NCBI GenBank assembly: GCA_030264375.1
Contig: JASCQW010000098.1
Location: 78,917,065-78,981,064, forward strand
Reading direction: 5' to 3'
Length of the DNA: 64,000 bases
DNA from: Carcharhinus longimanus
Lineage: Eukaryota
Positions within the stretch are counted from its first letter, which is position 1, and every line of letters starts with the position of its first letter. Made by a program: the position numbers and the translations under genes. This document shows positions 25,700 to 36,709 of the stretch, in pieces. The notes under the pieces are model-generated. The model searched no databases. It saw only the letters and a program-made list of their open reading frames with translations, and was not told where the DNA came from.

Positions 25700-26046
25700 A
25701 TCATAGAATAGAATCCTACAGTGCAGAAAGAGGCCCTATGGCCCATTGAGTCTGTACCAAACAAAATCCCACCCAGGCCCTACCCCCATATCCCTACCTA
25801 TTGTACCCACTAATCCCTCTAACCTACACATTCCTGGACACTAAGGTGCAATTTCTTAGCATGGCCAATCAACCTAACCCGCACATCTTTGGACTGTGGT
25901 AGGAAACCAGAGTACCTGGAGGAAACCCACGCAGACATGAGGAGAATGTGCAAACTCCACACAGACAGTAACCCAAGCCAGGAATCAAACCCAGGACCCT
26001 GGAGTTGTGAAGCAGCAGTGCTAACCACTGTGCTACCATGCTGCCC
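25700..26046 (-). mobile_element. HE1-type V-SINE, followed by a partial copy at 26050-26190
   Basis: catagaatagaatcctacagtgcag...gcagcagtgctaaccactgtgctaccatgctgccc. Confidence 0.9.
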
Positions 26047-26965
26047 AGTAACAGACAACAAACCCATCCAGGCTCTAATCCTGTAACCTCATGCATTTAC
26101 CCTGCTAATTCTAAGAGGCAATTTAGCATGGTCAATCCACCCAGCCTACACATCTTTGGATTGTGGGAGCATCCAGAGAAAACCCATGTTGACATCTTTA
26201 AGCAGCATCCACTTGAAAGATAGTTAAAAGCTTTAGTGTCACTGGGAAAGTTGGAAAACATTTCACTTGGCGGCTGATGTCATTTTCAGAGCCTTATTCT
26301 ATTGGAAGAGAGAGGAGATGTACAAATGAAACTGGACTGAGAACATGAGAAGCTCATGTCAATAAAAGGAACTCAATATCTGCTCTTTCGTCACAAAAAT
26401 TTTACTCTTCCATCTGTTTGCAATCAGGGAGATCGTGAAATCAGAGATCAGAAGGAATGTTGCGTTCATTTAACAGGTGTGTCAAAATGTGTAGCTGAAG
26501 ATCCAGTGTGCCTCACTGCAGTTTCACTGTCTTACATTATAAATTGTGACTTTGCAATGGCAGTCCTAAAATTCCTGTATAGTCCATTTTGCTTACATTT
26601 CTCTAAAGCTTTGTCTTTAAACAGTCTCCTCTGTCAGATTTCAATTAATCAGCAAAACGATCAACTTGAGATAACATTGAACAGCCTACTAGGTCAAGGA
26701 AGCCAGCCCCTGGTGTTGGATAAACAGCTGAGAGTTTGGTAAACAAGAATATAGAGTACTGCAAACAGGAAATCAACATTTTATATTTCTAAAAATTGGG
26801 TCTTCAGAAGGACAATTGAGATGTATATACACAACACAGTTAAATTAAAACGGATAGAAGATGGTTGGTCTCTCATCTTCAGGCATTCAGCCCTTCTATC
26901 AGCTAATACACAGTTGCATGCATTTCTGTTTCAGATGACGCCCTTTTTAGCCAATCGGCTTTTAA

Positions 26966-27209
26966 GTTTATTAGTCACAAGTAAGGCTTACATTAACACT
27001 GCAATGAAGTTACTGTGAAATTCTCCTTGTGCCACACTCCAGTACCTTTTCAGGTCAATGCACCTAACCAGCTTGTCTTTCAGACCGAGGGGGAAATCGG
27101 AGCACCCAGACATGGGGAGAATGTGCAAACGCCAAATAGTCAAAGCCCCAAATCGAACCCAGGTCCTTGGTGCTGTGAGGCAGCATTGCTAATCACTGTG
27201 CCACCATGC
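26966..27209 (-). mobile_element. HE1-type V-SINE, alternative-tail subfamily
   Basis: tttattagtcacaagtaaggcttacattaacactgcaatgaagttactgtg...tgctaatcactgtgccacc. Confidence 0.8.
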
Positions 27210-27247
27210 TTATTGCAGAATGCATGTTGAAATAAGTCATTAGGCCA

Positions 27248-27375
27248 ACAGTAAGAAGTCTCTCAACAGGCAAGTCACCTGATGAAGGAGCAGCACTCAA
27301 AGCTCATGATACCAAATAAACCTGGTATTGTCAGATTTCTTACTGTCCCCACAACCACCAGCATCTCCACATCAC
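27248..27375 (+). repeat. Penelope-derived short repeat with decayed hammerhead core
   Basis: acagtaagaagtc...cacctgatgaaggagcagcactcaaagct...aaataaacctg...gcatctccacatca; related to 35724-35912. Confidence 0.6.
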
Positions 27376-28622
27376 AGTAATGGTATTAGAGTAATGACCT
27401 CCAAAGTAGGAAGCCTAAACTTTGTATGTCATGTACATTTAACTACAAGGAAGCTCTTGACCAAGTAATCTAGGCAGTGGAAAGCAGACAAAACCGTCCC
27501 TGGATGAATTCTTCACTCCATTTTATCCCTCAATGGCTAGAGCAAGGAATGGAACTAACGTTCAGGATGAAATTATTTGGCTCAACTGTCCTGATCTCCT
27601 GAAAGTGCACAAATACAATTTAAAAGTTTGTACATCAACACACAGATTTCAGCCCATTGTGAATGTAATTTAGATAGCCTACTTAACAGTTTGTTAATAA
27701 GTAATGCTCTAATTAAAAGTTGCAAATTGTTGGCCTGTTTGTACTGTGCATTAACAGATCTGTTTTCATATTGGTGTTTATCCTGCCATCAGAATCATTG
27801 ACCCATGATACATCAGAATAGAAGTCAGATTTCAGAGTGCAAACACTGGGAGCTGGTTCAAGTAATCCAAACACAAACAGCACGAGTCTAAAGTGATTAG
27901 GTGGAGAACAGGAGGAGATGATCAAATGACAGAAGTGATAATAGCACGTGTCAAAAAAAGACATGAGAGAAGTAAAATATCTAAGTTCAACCCAGAGGAA
28001 GAGCAAGTAGTTAAAGCAAAATAGCCAAATTGGGGGTGACAAGGGGAATGAAAACAAAACTCCCCTTGTCTCTAAACAGTTCTCCTATTTCTGAGCATAT
28101 TGGTACTGTACATACGAGAACTCCCAGTAATTTTGGGGAGAATGGAATTGACCAGTACTTGAAATGGGGAAAACAGGTGCACCTTTCTCGCACAGCTGGC
28201 AGGGTGTCCTGCGTGCCTACTGCACACATTATTTCCAGTCCATGATGCACCTTACCTGGGAGTAGGTTATCACAGGTGATCCCAAAGAATTTTATACCTG
28301 GCTTCATAATAAAGCACGCTGACTTTTCCCACAGGCTGAAATGATGAGGGGAGTGTAAAACCATATAATTGCAAGATTTTACAGATTGTCAGTGGGTATA
28401 TTTAAGGAAATTCACAGAATTGTGCTGCAGTTTAAAAAGCTACATTTAGAGATTATTGCTGCTAACTCTCCATTCAGAGGGCCAGCAATTTAATTTTGAC
28501 AGCAGATAAATGGAAATCACAACAAAAAACAGTAGTCCAACAATAAACTCATTTCTCAGTGGAAACAAAATCAATAGAAAATATCAGCCTGTACTTCACA
28601 GCAGGCAACCCGGTAGCCCTTT

Positions 28623-28886
28623 AGGCATAGTGGTGAGCACTGCTGCCTCTCAGCACCAGGGACCCGGGTTCAATTCTGGCTTTGGGTGACTGTGGAGTTT
28701 GCACATTCTGCCCATGTCTGCATGGGTTTCCTCCCACAATCTAAAAATGTACGTCTAGGGGCATTAGCCATGGTAAATGAGCGGGGATTGGGCAAGGGAG
28801 GGGCCCTGGGTAACACACTAACAGAGTCTGTGCAGACTTGATAGGCCAAATGGCCTCTTTCTGCACTATAGGAATTATATGGATTC
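28623..28886 (+). mobile_element. HE1-type V-SINE
   Basis: ggcatagtggtgagcactgctgcctctcagcaccagggacccgggttcaatt...ggcctctttctgcact. Confidence 0.85.
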
Positions 28887-29929
28887 ATTTTTTGGACTCG
28901 TGTGTAACTACAAAGAATAAGCTTCATTTTACAGCTCCTTTAAATTTCAGTTTAAAAGGGGCAGGAGGGCACACAATACAATAGTAGCAAGCCCATCATT
29001 TTCCTGCCCACCCCAGAACTGTCCCTCAAAACCAGCAGAGCTGGACAGGTGCCTAAGTTGATAGCTTGGCTACCATACTTGAATAAAAAAAGGATCAATT
29101 GAACTCATCAGCAAGCCAACTGACCAGATTATTTGCTATGTCCTAATACAGGCTGGTGAGGGCAAGCAGGTTGGGAAGCCATTTTCTTAAAACATTAGAA
29201 TAAAAGTTTGAAAGTAGGAAGGAAGAGGGCGGGAGGCAGAAAAATAGAGATATATCATTTTTGAGGTGCTTCATCTGGGAAACCTAGACTGCAAAATTTT
29301 ACACTCCTCCTCTCACTTAACTCCTCCCCACCCAAAAAGGCCCAACCTACCTGTATCTCCAGTGCCCATCTTCTCTTCCTTGTGAGCTTGCTTCCAGTCC
29401 CAGCAGTGTCCACTACTGAACTATGGCACTGTCAGGACTACCAGAGCTGTCAGTCAATCAGGGTCCACTATCACCCAGTTCAGCCCACCAGAATGTCAAG
29501 GGGTGTGTAAACAGTACAGTATCACCACCCCACATCCCCAGTAAAATCTAGTCCCAAAGCTTTAACATTTGAACTGGTAATCAGTACATGTCATTCTGGT
29601 GAAATTCCCCACACCACAACCTTGTAGTCTTTCTTCTCCCACCACTACCCTGCCCCCCTCTCCCAGGCTTCACTCAGGTGTCCATTTTCCATGCAAGAGC
29701 TTAGCAAGTTTATATCAGCCAGCTCCGCAACCAGAATAAAAGAGGGAACATCAATCTAAGCCTGATTGGAGTGCTGGCAATGCTGAGTCAAAGTCCAGAG
29801 ATTTGAGGCATTTTTGTTTTGTGTTCATGATGCAAATATGTAAAAGCAACATTTAAAATGTCTTGCGTGAATCACACGCACTGACAAAACATTCACGAGT
29901 CATTGGCTGCTGTTCGACTCCTGACCACC

Positions 29930-30690
29930 ATTAGGAACAGGAGTAGATGATTCAGCTTGTCGAGCAGGCTCTGTTATTTAGTACAATCATAGCTGATCAG
30001 ACACGTCAATGCCTTTTGCACCCACTATCCTCGGACTCCTTTACATTAATCTCTGCTTTAAACATACAATGACTTGAGCTTCTACAGTCCTATGGGGTAA
30101 AGAATTCCAAAGGCCGACAACCCTCTAATTTCTCCTCATCCCAGTCCTCTACACTCAAATCAAGAGGATTATGGTGTCTGTAGTTATCCTATCTATTCCT
30201 TTAAGTATTTTGTAGATTTCAAGGAGATCACGTCTTATTCTCCAAAACTCTAAACAATACAGGCTCAATTTGCCCAAGCTCTCTTTGTAAGACAGTCCAA
30301 TTACAAGTCTGGTGAAGCTTTGTTGCACTCTCTATGGCAATAATTTGCTGAGGTAAGGGGGCAGCACAGTGGCTAGCATTGCTGTCTCAGCGCCAGGGAA
30401 CCAAGTCCAATTCTGGCCTCAGTCCACTGTCTGTATGGAGTTTGTACATTCTGCCCATGTCTGTGTGGGTTTCCTCCAGTTTCCTCCCACAGTCCAAAGA
30501 TGTGCAGGTTAGGTTGAATGGCCATGCTAAATTGCCCCTTGGTATCAGGAGGACTAGCTAGGGTAAATACATGAGGTTATGGGGATAAGGGCTGGGTGGC
30601 ATTGTTGTCAGTGCAGGATCAACAGGCCGAATGGTGTCCTTCTGCATTGTTGGGATTCTAAAGGGACTAAAACTGTACACAGAACTCCAG
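29930..30690 (-). mobile_element. CR1 3' fragment interrupted by an HE1 SINE
   Basis: ttaggaacaggagtag...tgcactctctatggcaa...gaggtaaggg[SINE]gggactaaaactgtacacag. Confidence 0.7.
30359..30659 (+). mobile_element. HE1-type V-SINE inserted into CR1
   Basis: Full head, body and tail; flanks taaggg / taaaggg resemble a target-site duplication. Confidence 0.9.
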
Positions 30691-30941
30691 GATTGTCGAA
30701 CACTTCAGCAGTTGGTTCCATATAGTAATCAATAGCAAGAACCCTTGCAAAAAAGGGTTTCTCAACCTGCCCTGGAAATTCTACTGATGCACTGGTTGTC
30801 AACTGATTTAGCACAGAGCAGAAATCAAAGCTGGATTTTCTGGCTCCTTGTGGCTCAATATCACATCATGTGGTGCATCCCTGTATTGCACCTTTAGGAA
30901 GCCATTACATTGGAAAACATTCCCCAAACAGTTTGGATTAA

Positions 30942-31262
30942 TCATAGAATAGCTCAAAGTCCATATAGTGCAGGAGGCCATTCAGCCTGCACCAAAATCA
31001 ATCCCACATAGGCCCTTTCCCTATAACCCCACCCATTTACCCTGTTAAGCCCCCTAACATCAAAGATCAATTAGGCATGGCCAAAGATGTGTAGGTTAGG
31101 TGGATTGGAGTGTGGGAGGAAACTGCAGCACCCAGAATAAACCTATGCAGACACAGGGACAATGTGTAAACTCTATACAGACAGTGGCCCAAGGCTGGAA
31201 TATAGAGCCTGAGCCTGAGTCCCTGGTGCTGTGTGGCAGCAGTACTCACCATTGTGCCACCC
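30942..31262 (-). mobile_element. HE1-type V-SINE with internal micro-inversion
   Basis: Minus-oriented HE1 except 31085-31104, which is plus-oriented. Confidence 0.85.
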
Positions 31263-31472
31263 TCTGCACTTTGTTTGCTGAAATAATCACTCATGTCATA
31301 AGTTGAAACACCTTTTGCCATTAAAAGAAAGCCTGACTTCAAGAGAACGAGATAAACAAGATCTTCTCTGGATCTGTTGTTTGGAAAGAGGTACATTTTT
31401 CTTAGACATGTGTTTATCTACTTTGCATGCATGTGGGGAGGGGTTATTTGTGAAAGCAATATCCAAACCTAC

Positions 31473-31544
31473 CTTCATACAGTTGTGCATACTGAGGAAA
31501 TCCAGCAGCTCTCAACCAGTCACATGCTTCCTTGGCTTCAATCT
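31473..31544 (-). CDS. STARD13: STARD13 first common exon, start of SAM domain
   Basis: Acceptor ctttcag|AG, 72 nt, donor G|gtaggt; encodes IEAKEACDWLRAAGFPQYAQLYE; phase 1 to 1. Confidence 0.95.
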
Positions 31545-32449
31545 CTGAAAGCAAAGATAAGACAGACAACATTAAAATCTTTTCAACCTTCAGACAGACA
31601 CTGCAATTCATTCTTCCTCCCCTCAAAGAAAACGTGCGTCAGACTCCACTGGCAGCTAAACAAGGTGGCTCTCTATGAATAAAGCTTCTTCAATGGATTA
31701 GCTGAACAATGTGAATCAAATGCCAAATTTGGTGACAAGAACTCAATAGTTTTATGCTATTTGGCCAAGGGGCATGCTGGCACAAAATGCACAAGCAAGT
31801 TTGTGAAAACCGAATAACAGACGATTGATCAAAAGTGCACTCTGCCAATTTCCTCCTCTTTTGTTCTAACACCCCAACCATTCTGCAAACACAATGAACT
31901 TTGCAATAACAGTGCAGAACTGCAGGTAACAAAAATGGTCACAGCACTGATAACCAGACACAGTCTAATGCGATGCAAGTATTTCAAATTAGTGTTCCAT
32001 TTGGATGGGTGGCAAGATTAAATTGTGCATTATGGCCTGTGTTGCTTATAGAGACATGATTACACAGCATAAAGATCAATGGTAGTTGATATGGTGAACA
32101 GTATGTCAATAGCTAATTAATCTGTCCGGAGGAAAATAGTAAAACACTAAAGCATTGACTATCTGTTGGTTATAAATGTCTATATTTTGAAATGCACAAA
32201 AATCCTACTCGTCATATGCAGTGTCGCTCTTAAAATGGGAATGGGGGAGGCCTGTGAAGCAAATTCTCAGATGCCTGTTTATTGCCTGGGAGCTGGAGTT
32301 CATAGCAAGTTAGCCTGACCTTTAGTCAATCTAGGCAAGATGAAGTGCTCTGTCACATTCATTCCCATTTCCTTCAAGAGAAGATAATGCAGTAGCCCGA
32401 ATTAAATACTCTTGCACTCCCATTCTACCATGAAACCTGCTCCAGTAGT

Positions 32450-33745
32450 ATTACTACAAATGATCATTAGACCTGCAAGGTGATGGACAAGACGCGAGAG
32501 GCTTAACATTCAGTTATCAATAAAGATAGCAAATATTTTCTGACAATCTGTGCAGATGCCAAAGTTGTTTTAATTTAAAATGAATACCATCATCCTTTTG
32601 AGACAGACTGATACAAGATAAGTACTTCTTCACAAAGAGGGATCTGTACGGTTGTGGAGACAACAATTCTGGCGTCAATCAAGTTGAAGTTAGATGTCAA
32701 GATGGGCAGCCAGGACAGTTTTTATATTCAATGGGATGCATGACCTCCCATATCTGTACTGATCACAGACTGTAAAGGCACCAGGTGCACATCATGGCTT
32801 ATGCAGTGACCTCATTAATGGTGTCTATTTTCACACATTTTAACTAATCATACTTATATCCGAAGGGAATGGGGAGGTGGTGGTGGTGGTGGGGAAGGTG
32901 GAAAGAAGGATAAGAACGGAGGAAATTTTCAAGGACCATATTACTGGAAGATTTCCTGTTGCTGACATAACAGATGTTCAGAAACCATTCCTGGATTTCA
33001 ACTAGTTGGAAAAAGTATTTAATTGCATCAACAATTCTTTTAATAATCAACTACAAGTTGCCTTAAAGAATTTGAACAAAAAGCAAACCTGCACAGCATT
33101 CATAAACATACCTGTGCCACACCTTTTAGAACTTTTTCTGAGAATCTCACAATATAATGAAAACTTAACGAAGATAAACTTCGCAGTCCCTTTTTTTTAA
33201 AAATGGAAAGGCATTTCAAAAGCTAGTGGCAAGTAAATCTTAGATCAAGTAGAATAAATACACATTAAAATGAGTTAGTTGCTTAAAGAATAGAATGTAA
33301 TGGATAAATAATGGTTAATAATTTAATTAATTAGAACTCTGCATTTTTCTCTTGACAATGATAATCAAAACGCAACAAAAAAATCATAAAATGATGCAAG
33401 AGAAACATTAGAATCCAATGAATGAAATCCTTGGCATGAGTCCACATCAACCACACAGCACTGGAGACGTTGATGTATCTGCTAAAAATAAACTCATTGA
33501 GTATCTGGCGGGTGTACTAACAGAGGAAGACAAAATCATTGCCTACTGGAAAGTTTGAGGAGGAAATGGCCGACATTTTGCAGCAATATCTGGAAGAGGA
33601 AGTTGTAACAATTGCAGTCACCTACTGTAAAAAAATCTCAACTTCATGGAAGTCTAACAGGGCTACAGGAGAAATAAGATCCATCTGGGGAGATATTTGA
33701 CCTGAAGATGAAAAGGCATTTATATTTCATTGTAATTTATTATCC
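32450..33745 (+). mobile_element. Probable highly decayed hAT transposase
   Basis: C-terminal dimerisation-like string LIEYLAGVLTEEDKIIAYWKV.../KWPTF near 33500-33580 and a late ...FHCNLL; weaker upstream fragments (YIQWDA*, KPFLDF). Confidence 0.45.
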
Positions 33746-35081
33746 ATAAGCAATGAGTCCACTCTCACCTATTTGGTCATCCCACCCAGAGGCACATTTT
33801 AGATCTTCCTGCAAAAACAGATTCATGCTGTTGAATATTTTCTTCTTGCATTCATTAGGACAGTTGCAAGAAAGCCAAATTGCAATGCGAACAATAAAAG
33901 TGTCGATTGATTGGCAAGCCTACTTAGATTGGAGGAGGCCTTGCCAATGCACAATGGAACAGTTAACTGCCAGGTTTTTGTTTAAATTCAAGCCAAGTTG
34001 ACTCTGATTGGTTCATTCTCATGGCAATATCTTGACCAGTGAATGGCTGTCCTAAGCTTTTATTTAGTTGAAAAAGGCACAGTATATGAACCTGTTCAGT
34101 TTGCAAAGGACAGGGCCTCCAGTGTGAATATATGCTTTCAGTCAGATTTGCGGTGTGGTTAACTTACGCATGCTAGGAGCTACACATTCACAAAAAGCTT
34201 TGACAGCATATTTGAGTGTAAAAATTTAGACAGCATATTTATTTTAGCAATATTCAATTTCTGAGCCAGAAATGCAACTGTTGTCAGGAAAGACACTAAA
34301 TTGCCTAAACAATAAACAAACATTATATCAGTAAAACTTTAAATTTATCAAGTTAAAATAAATCACTGAGCAAATTCACTACACTGACACCAGTCGATTT
34401 TGGTGCAGCTAATTGGCTAAGCTGTCACAAAGACATTGCAAAGCTCTAAAAAACAGACAGGCATTCACGCAAGTGTGGGAAAATGCCTGCAAACATACGT
34501 GCAGTTGCACATTCAGACAGACACACACCTCTGGGCTTGGAATAGGGCCCAAAAAAATTACATTATAACATCCAAAAGAGAGCTTCTACACACAGTGACA
34601 GAGTTGTTGATACTTGTGTTCACAATGAAGGTAAATGGATATTGGATTCTATCCTAGGATTCCAGGATGCAACAGGTACAGTGTTTTGACACCAACTGCT
34701 CTAAAGTTTCCCTTAAATCTGTCAAACGTCTCCACCATATTATTTCATCATCAAGGTGGGAGGGTGTGTACCGGCCTCCCACTTGGTAACCTGCAATAGG
34801 TAGGGCTGCAAGAAGAGGCTAGTATTGTGCTGAGGTAGGTGCCTGATACAAAATTGGTTTCACAGAAAATGGGGGCACAGGACATCAATAAGCCATGGTT
34901 CAACTCTTACCACAACTATATGTTAATAGTACACATTTTTTGACCCAAGTCTGCCAACTCATGCGGCACTTTCAAAGCATTTTGCACTTGCACAAAACTA
35001 GCAAATTGCTTTTCTTTAAAAAAAAAACTTGATCTGGAAAATCCACAATATAAACACACCAATAACTTCTCTCAAATTTGA

Positions 35082-35383
35082 TCGTAGAATCCCTAATAGG
35101 GGTGGAGACCATTCAGCCCATCGAGTCTGCACCAACCACAATCCTACCAGGCCTCAATACCACATATTTACCCCGCTAATCCCCCTGACACTAGGGCCAA
35201 TTTTGCATTCAAACCAAAATCAACCCAATCCACGCATCTTTGGACTGTGGGAGAAAGCCAGAGCTCCCAAAAGGAAACCCACGCAGACATGGAGACAATG
35301 TGCAAACTCCACACAGTGACCCGAGACCAGAACCGAACCTGGGTCCCTGGAGTTGTGAGGCAGCAGTGCTAACCACTGTGCCA
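35082..35383 (-). mobile_element. HE1-type V-SINE
   Basis: cgtagaatccct...gaacctgggtccctggagttgtgaggcagcagtgctaaccactgtgcc. Confidence 0.88.
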
Positions 35384-35400
35384 GGGTTTTTTTTTTAAAG

Positions 35401-35590
35401 CTTTCAAGAGCAGGAGGTAGGTCAGATAATATCTCACCTTCCTCTTATAACTGTAGCATCTGGCATGTGGCTGACAGAGCAATATGCGGCAGCGATATGG
35501 ACAGCTGTTCGGATGCTTTTGCATTCCTGCACTTACTGGTTTCTTTTTGTTAAGTACTGAATTGGCTGTTAGCAGCTAACACGCATTAGA
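35401..35590 (+). repeat. Local duplication, copy 1 (copy 2 at 36542-36709)
   Basis: ctttcaagagcaggaggt.ggtcagataatatctcaccttcctctt..aactgtagcatctggc...ggacagctgt.cggatgcttt...tggctgtta.cagctaacacgc.ttaga present twice. Confidence 0.9.
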
Positions 35591-35669
35591 TCTCACTACT
35601 GTGGTCTCAATTTAAAACAGTAGCAGGGAAATTCTGGATTTCAGAAATTGCTTTATAAAGGCTGCAAGG

Positions 35670-36045
35670 AGAAACAAAGAAAGTGCTGGAAAATCTGAAC
35701 AGCATCTGTGGAAAAAGAAGAGTAACACCAGGTTAAAGTCCAACAGGTTTATTTGTAGCAAATGCCACTAGCTTTCAGAGCTTCCTTCCACCTGAAGGAA
35801 GAACAGCCAGTTCCGAAAGCTAGTGGCGTTTGCTACAAATAAACCTGCTGGACTTTAACCTGGTGTTGAGACTCCTTACTGTGTTTACCCCAGTCCAACA
35901 CCAGAATCTCCACAGAGAAAGAATAGAGCCAATGTTTCAATGTTGGCTCTATTGCCTCTCCACAGATGCTGTCAGACCTGCTGAGATTTTTCAGCATTTT
36001 GTGTTTTGGTTTCAAACTCCAGCATCTGCAGTAATTTGCTTTCAT
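35670..36045. repeat. Nested Penelope-derived palindromic elements
   Basis: Outer element (gtgctggaaaatc..cagcatctgtgga / ctccacagatgctg..ttcagcatttt) encloses an inner 53-bp-arm inverted repeat at 35724-35867. Confidence 0.75.
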
Positions 36046-36541
36046 CCAAGGAGAAACACAGACTGCTTGCAGTGGTGGATTAATAATGTATCATCTGTCT
36101 GATATTTAAAACAGCTCCTGAAATTCATTAATCTCAATTCTGAATTGAGGTTCACTCCTACACCAAGGTTTAAGTATGTCAGGAGGTGCCAGGAGAAGCA
36201 ACTTGCACTGATCAAATTGTTCAGTCCTCTGGTTCTGAAATAAATCTACCTCCTGGAATTTCAATCACGCTAAGGTTTTGAAAAAGTATGCCTTTTTCTT
36301 GCTATATGATTGATTCTGATCAACTTGTGGCAAGAGGTTCCCATTTAGCATCACTGAGTAGGAAAAGGCCAAGAACTGCTCTGTGCCTGCAACTGAATCT
36401 GTAGCTGGATGGAGTGTAACAGTTGTCGTCTGTCAAGGTGCTCTGACAGGAGCCAAGGTGAGCAAACGAAAAGCGTTTGTGTTCCCTCTCGGTTTAGGGT
36501 CAATGAAAATATTGGTTGCTTGAAGCTTTTTTAAAAAAAAA

Positions 36542-36709
36542 CTTTCAAGAGCAGGAGGTGGGTCAGATAATATCTCACCTTCCTCTTCCAACTGTAGCAT
36601 CTGGCTCACAATACAGCAACATGCGGGAGCGATGTGGACAGCTGTACGGATGCTTTGGCTCCTTTTCGTTAAACATTGAACTGGCTGTTAACAGCTAACA
36701 CGCGTTAGA
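36542..36709 (+). repeat. Local duplication, copy 2
   Basis: Direct repeat of 35401-35590 with substitutions and a small indel. Confidence 0.9.
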
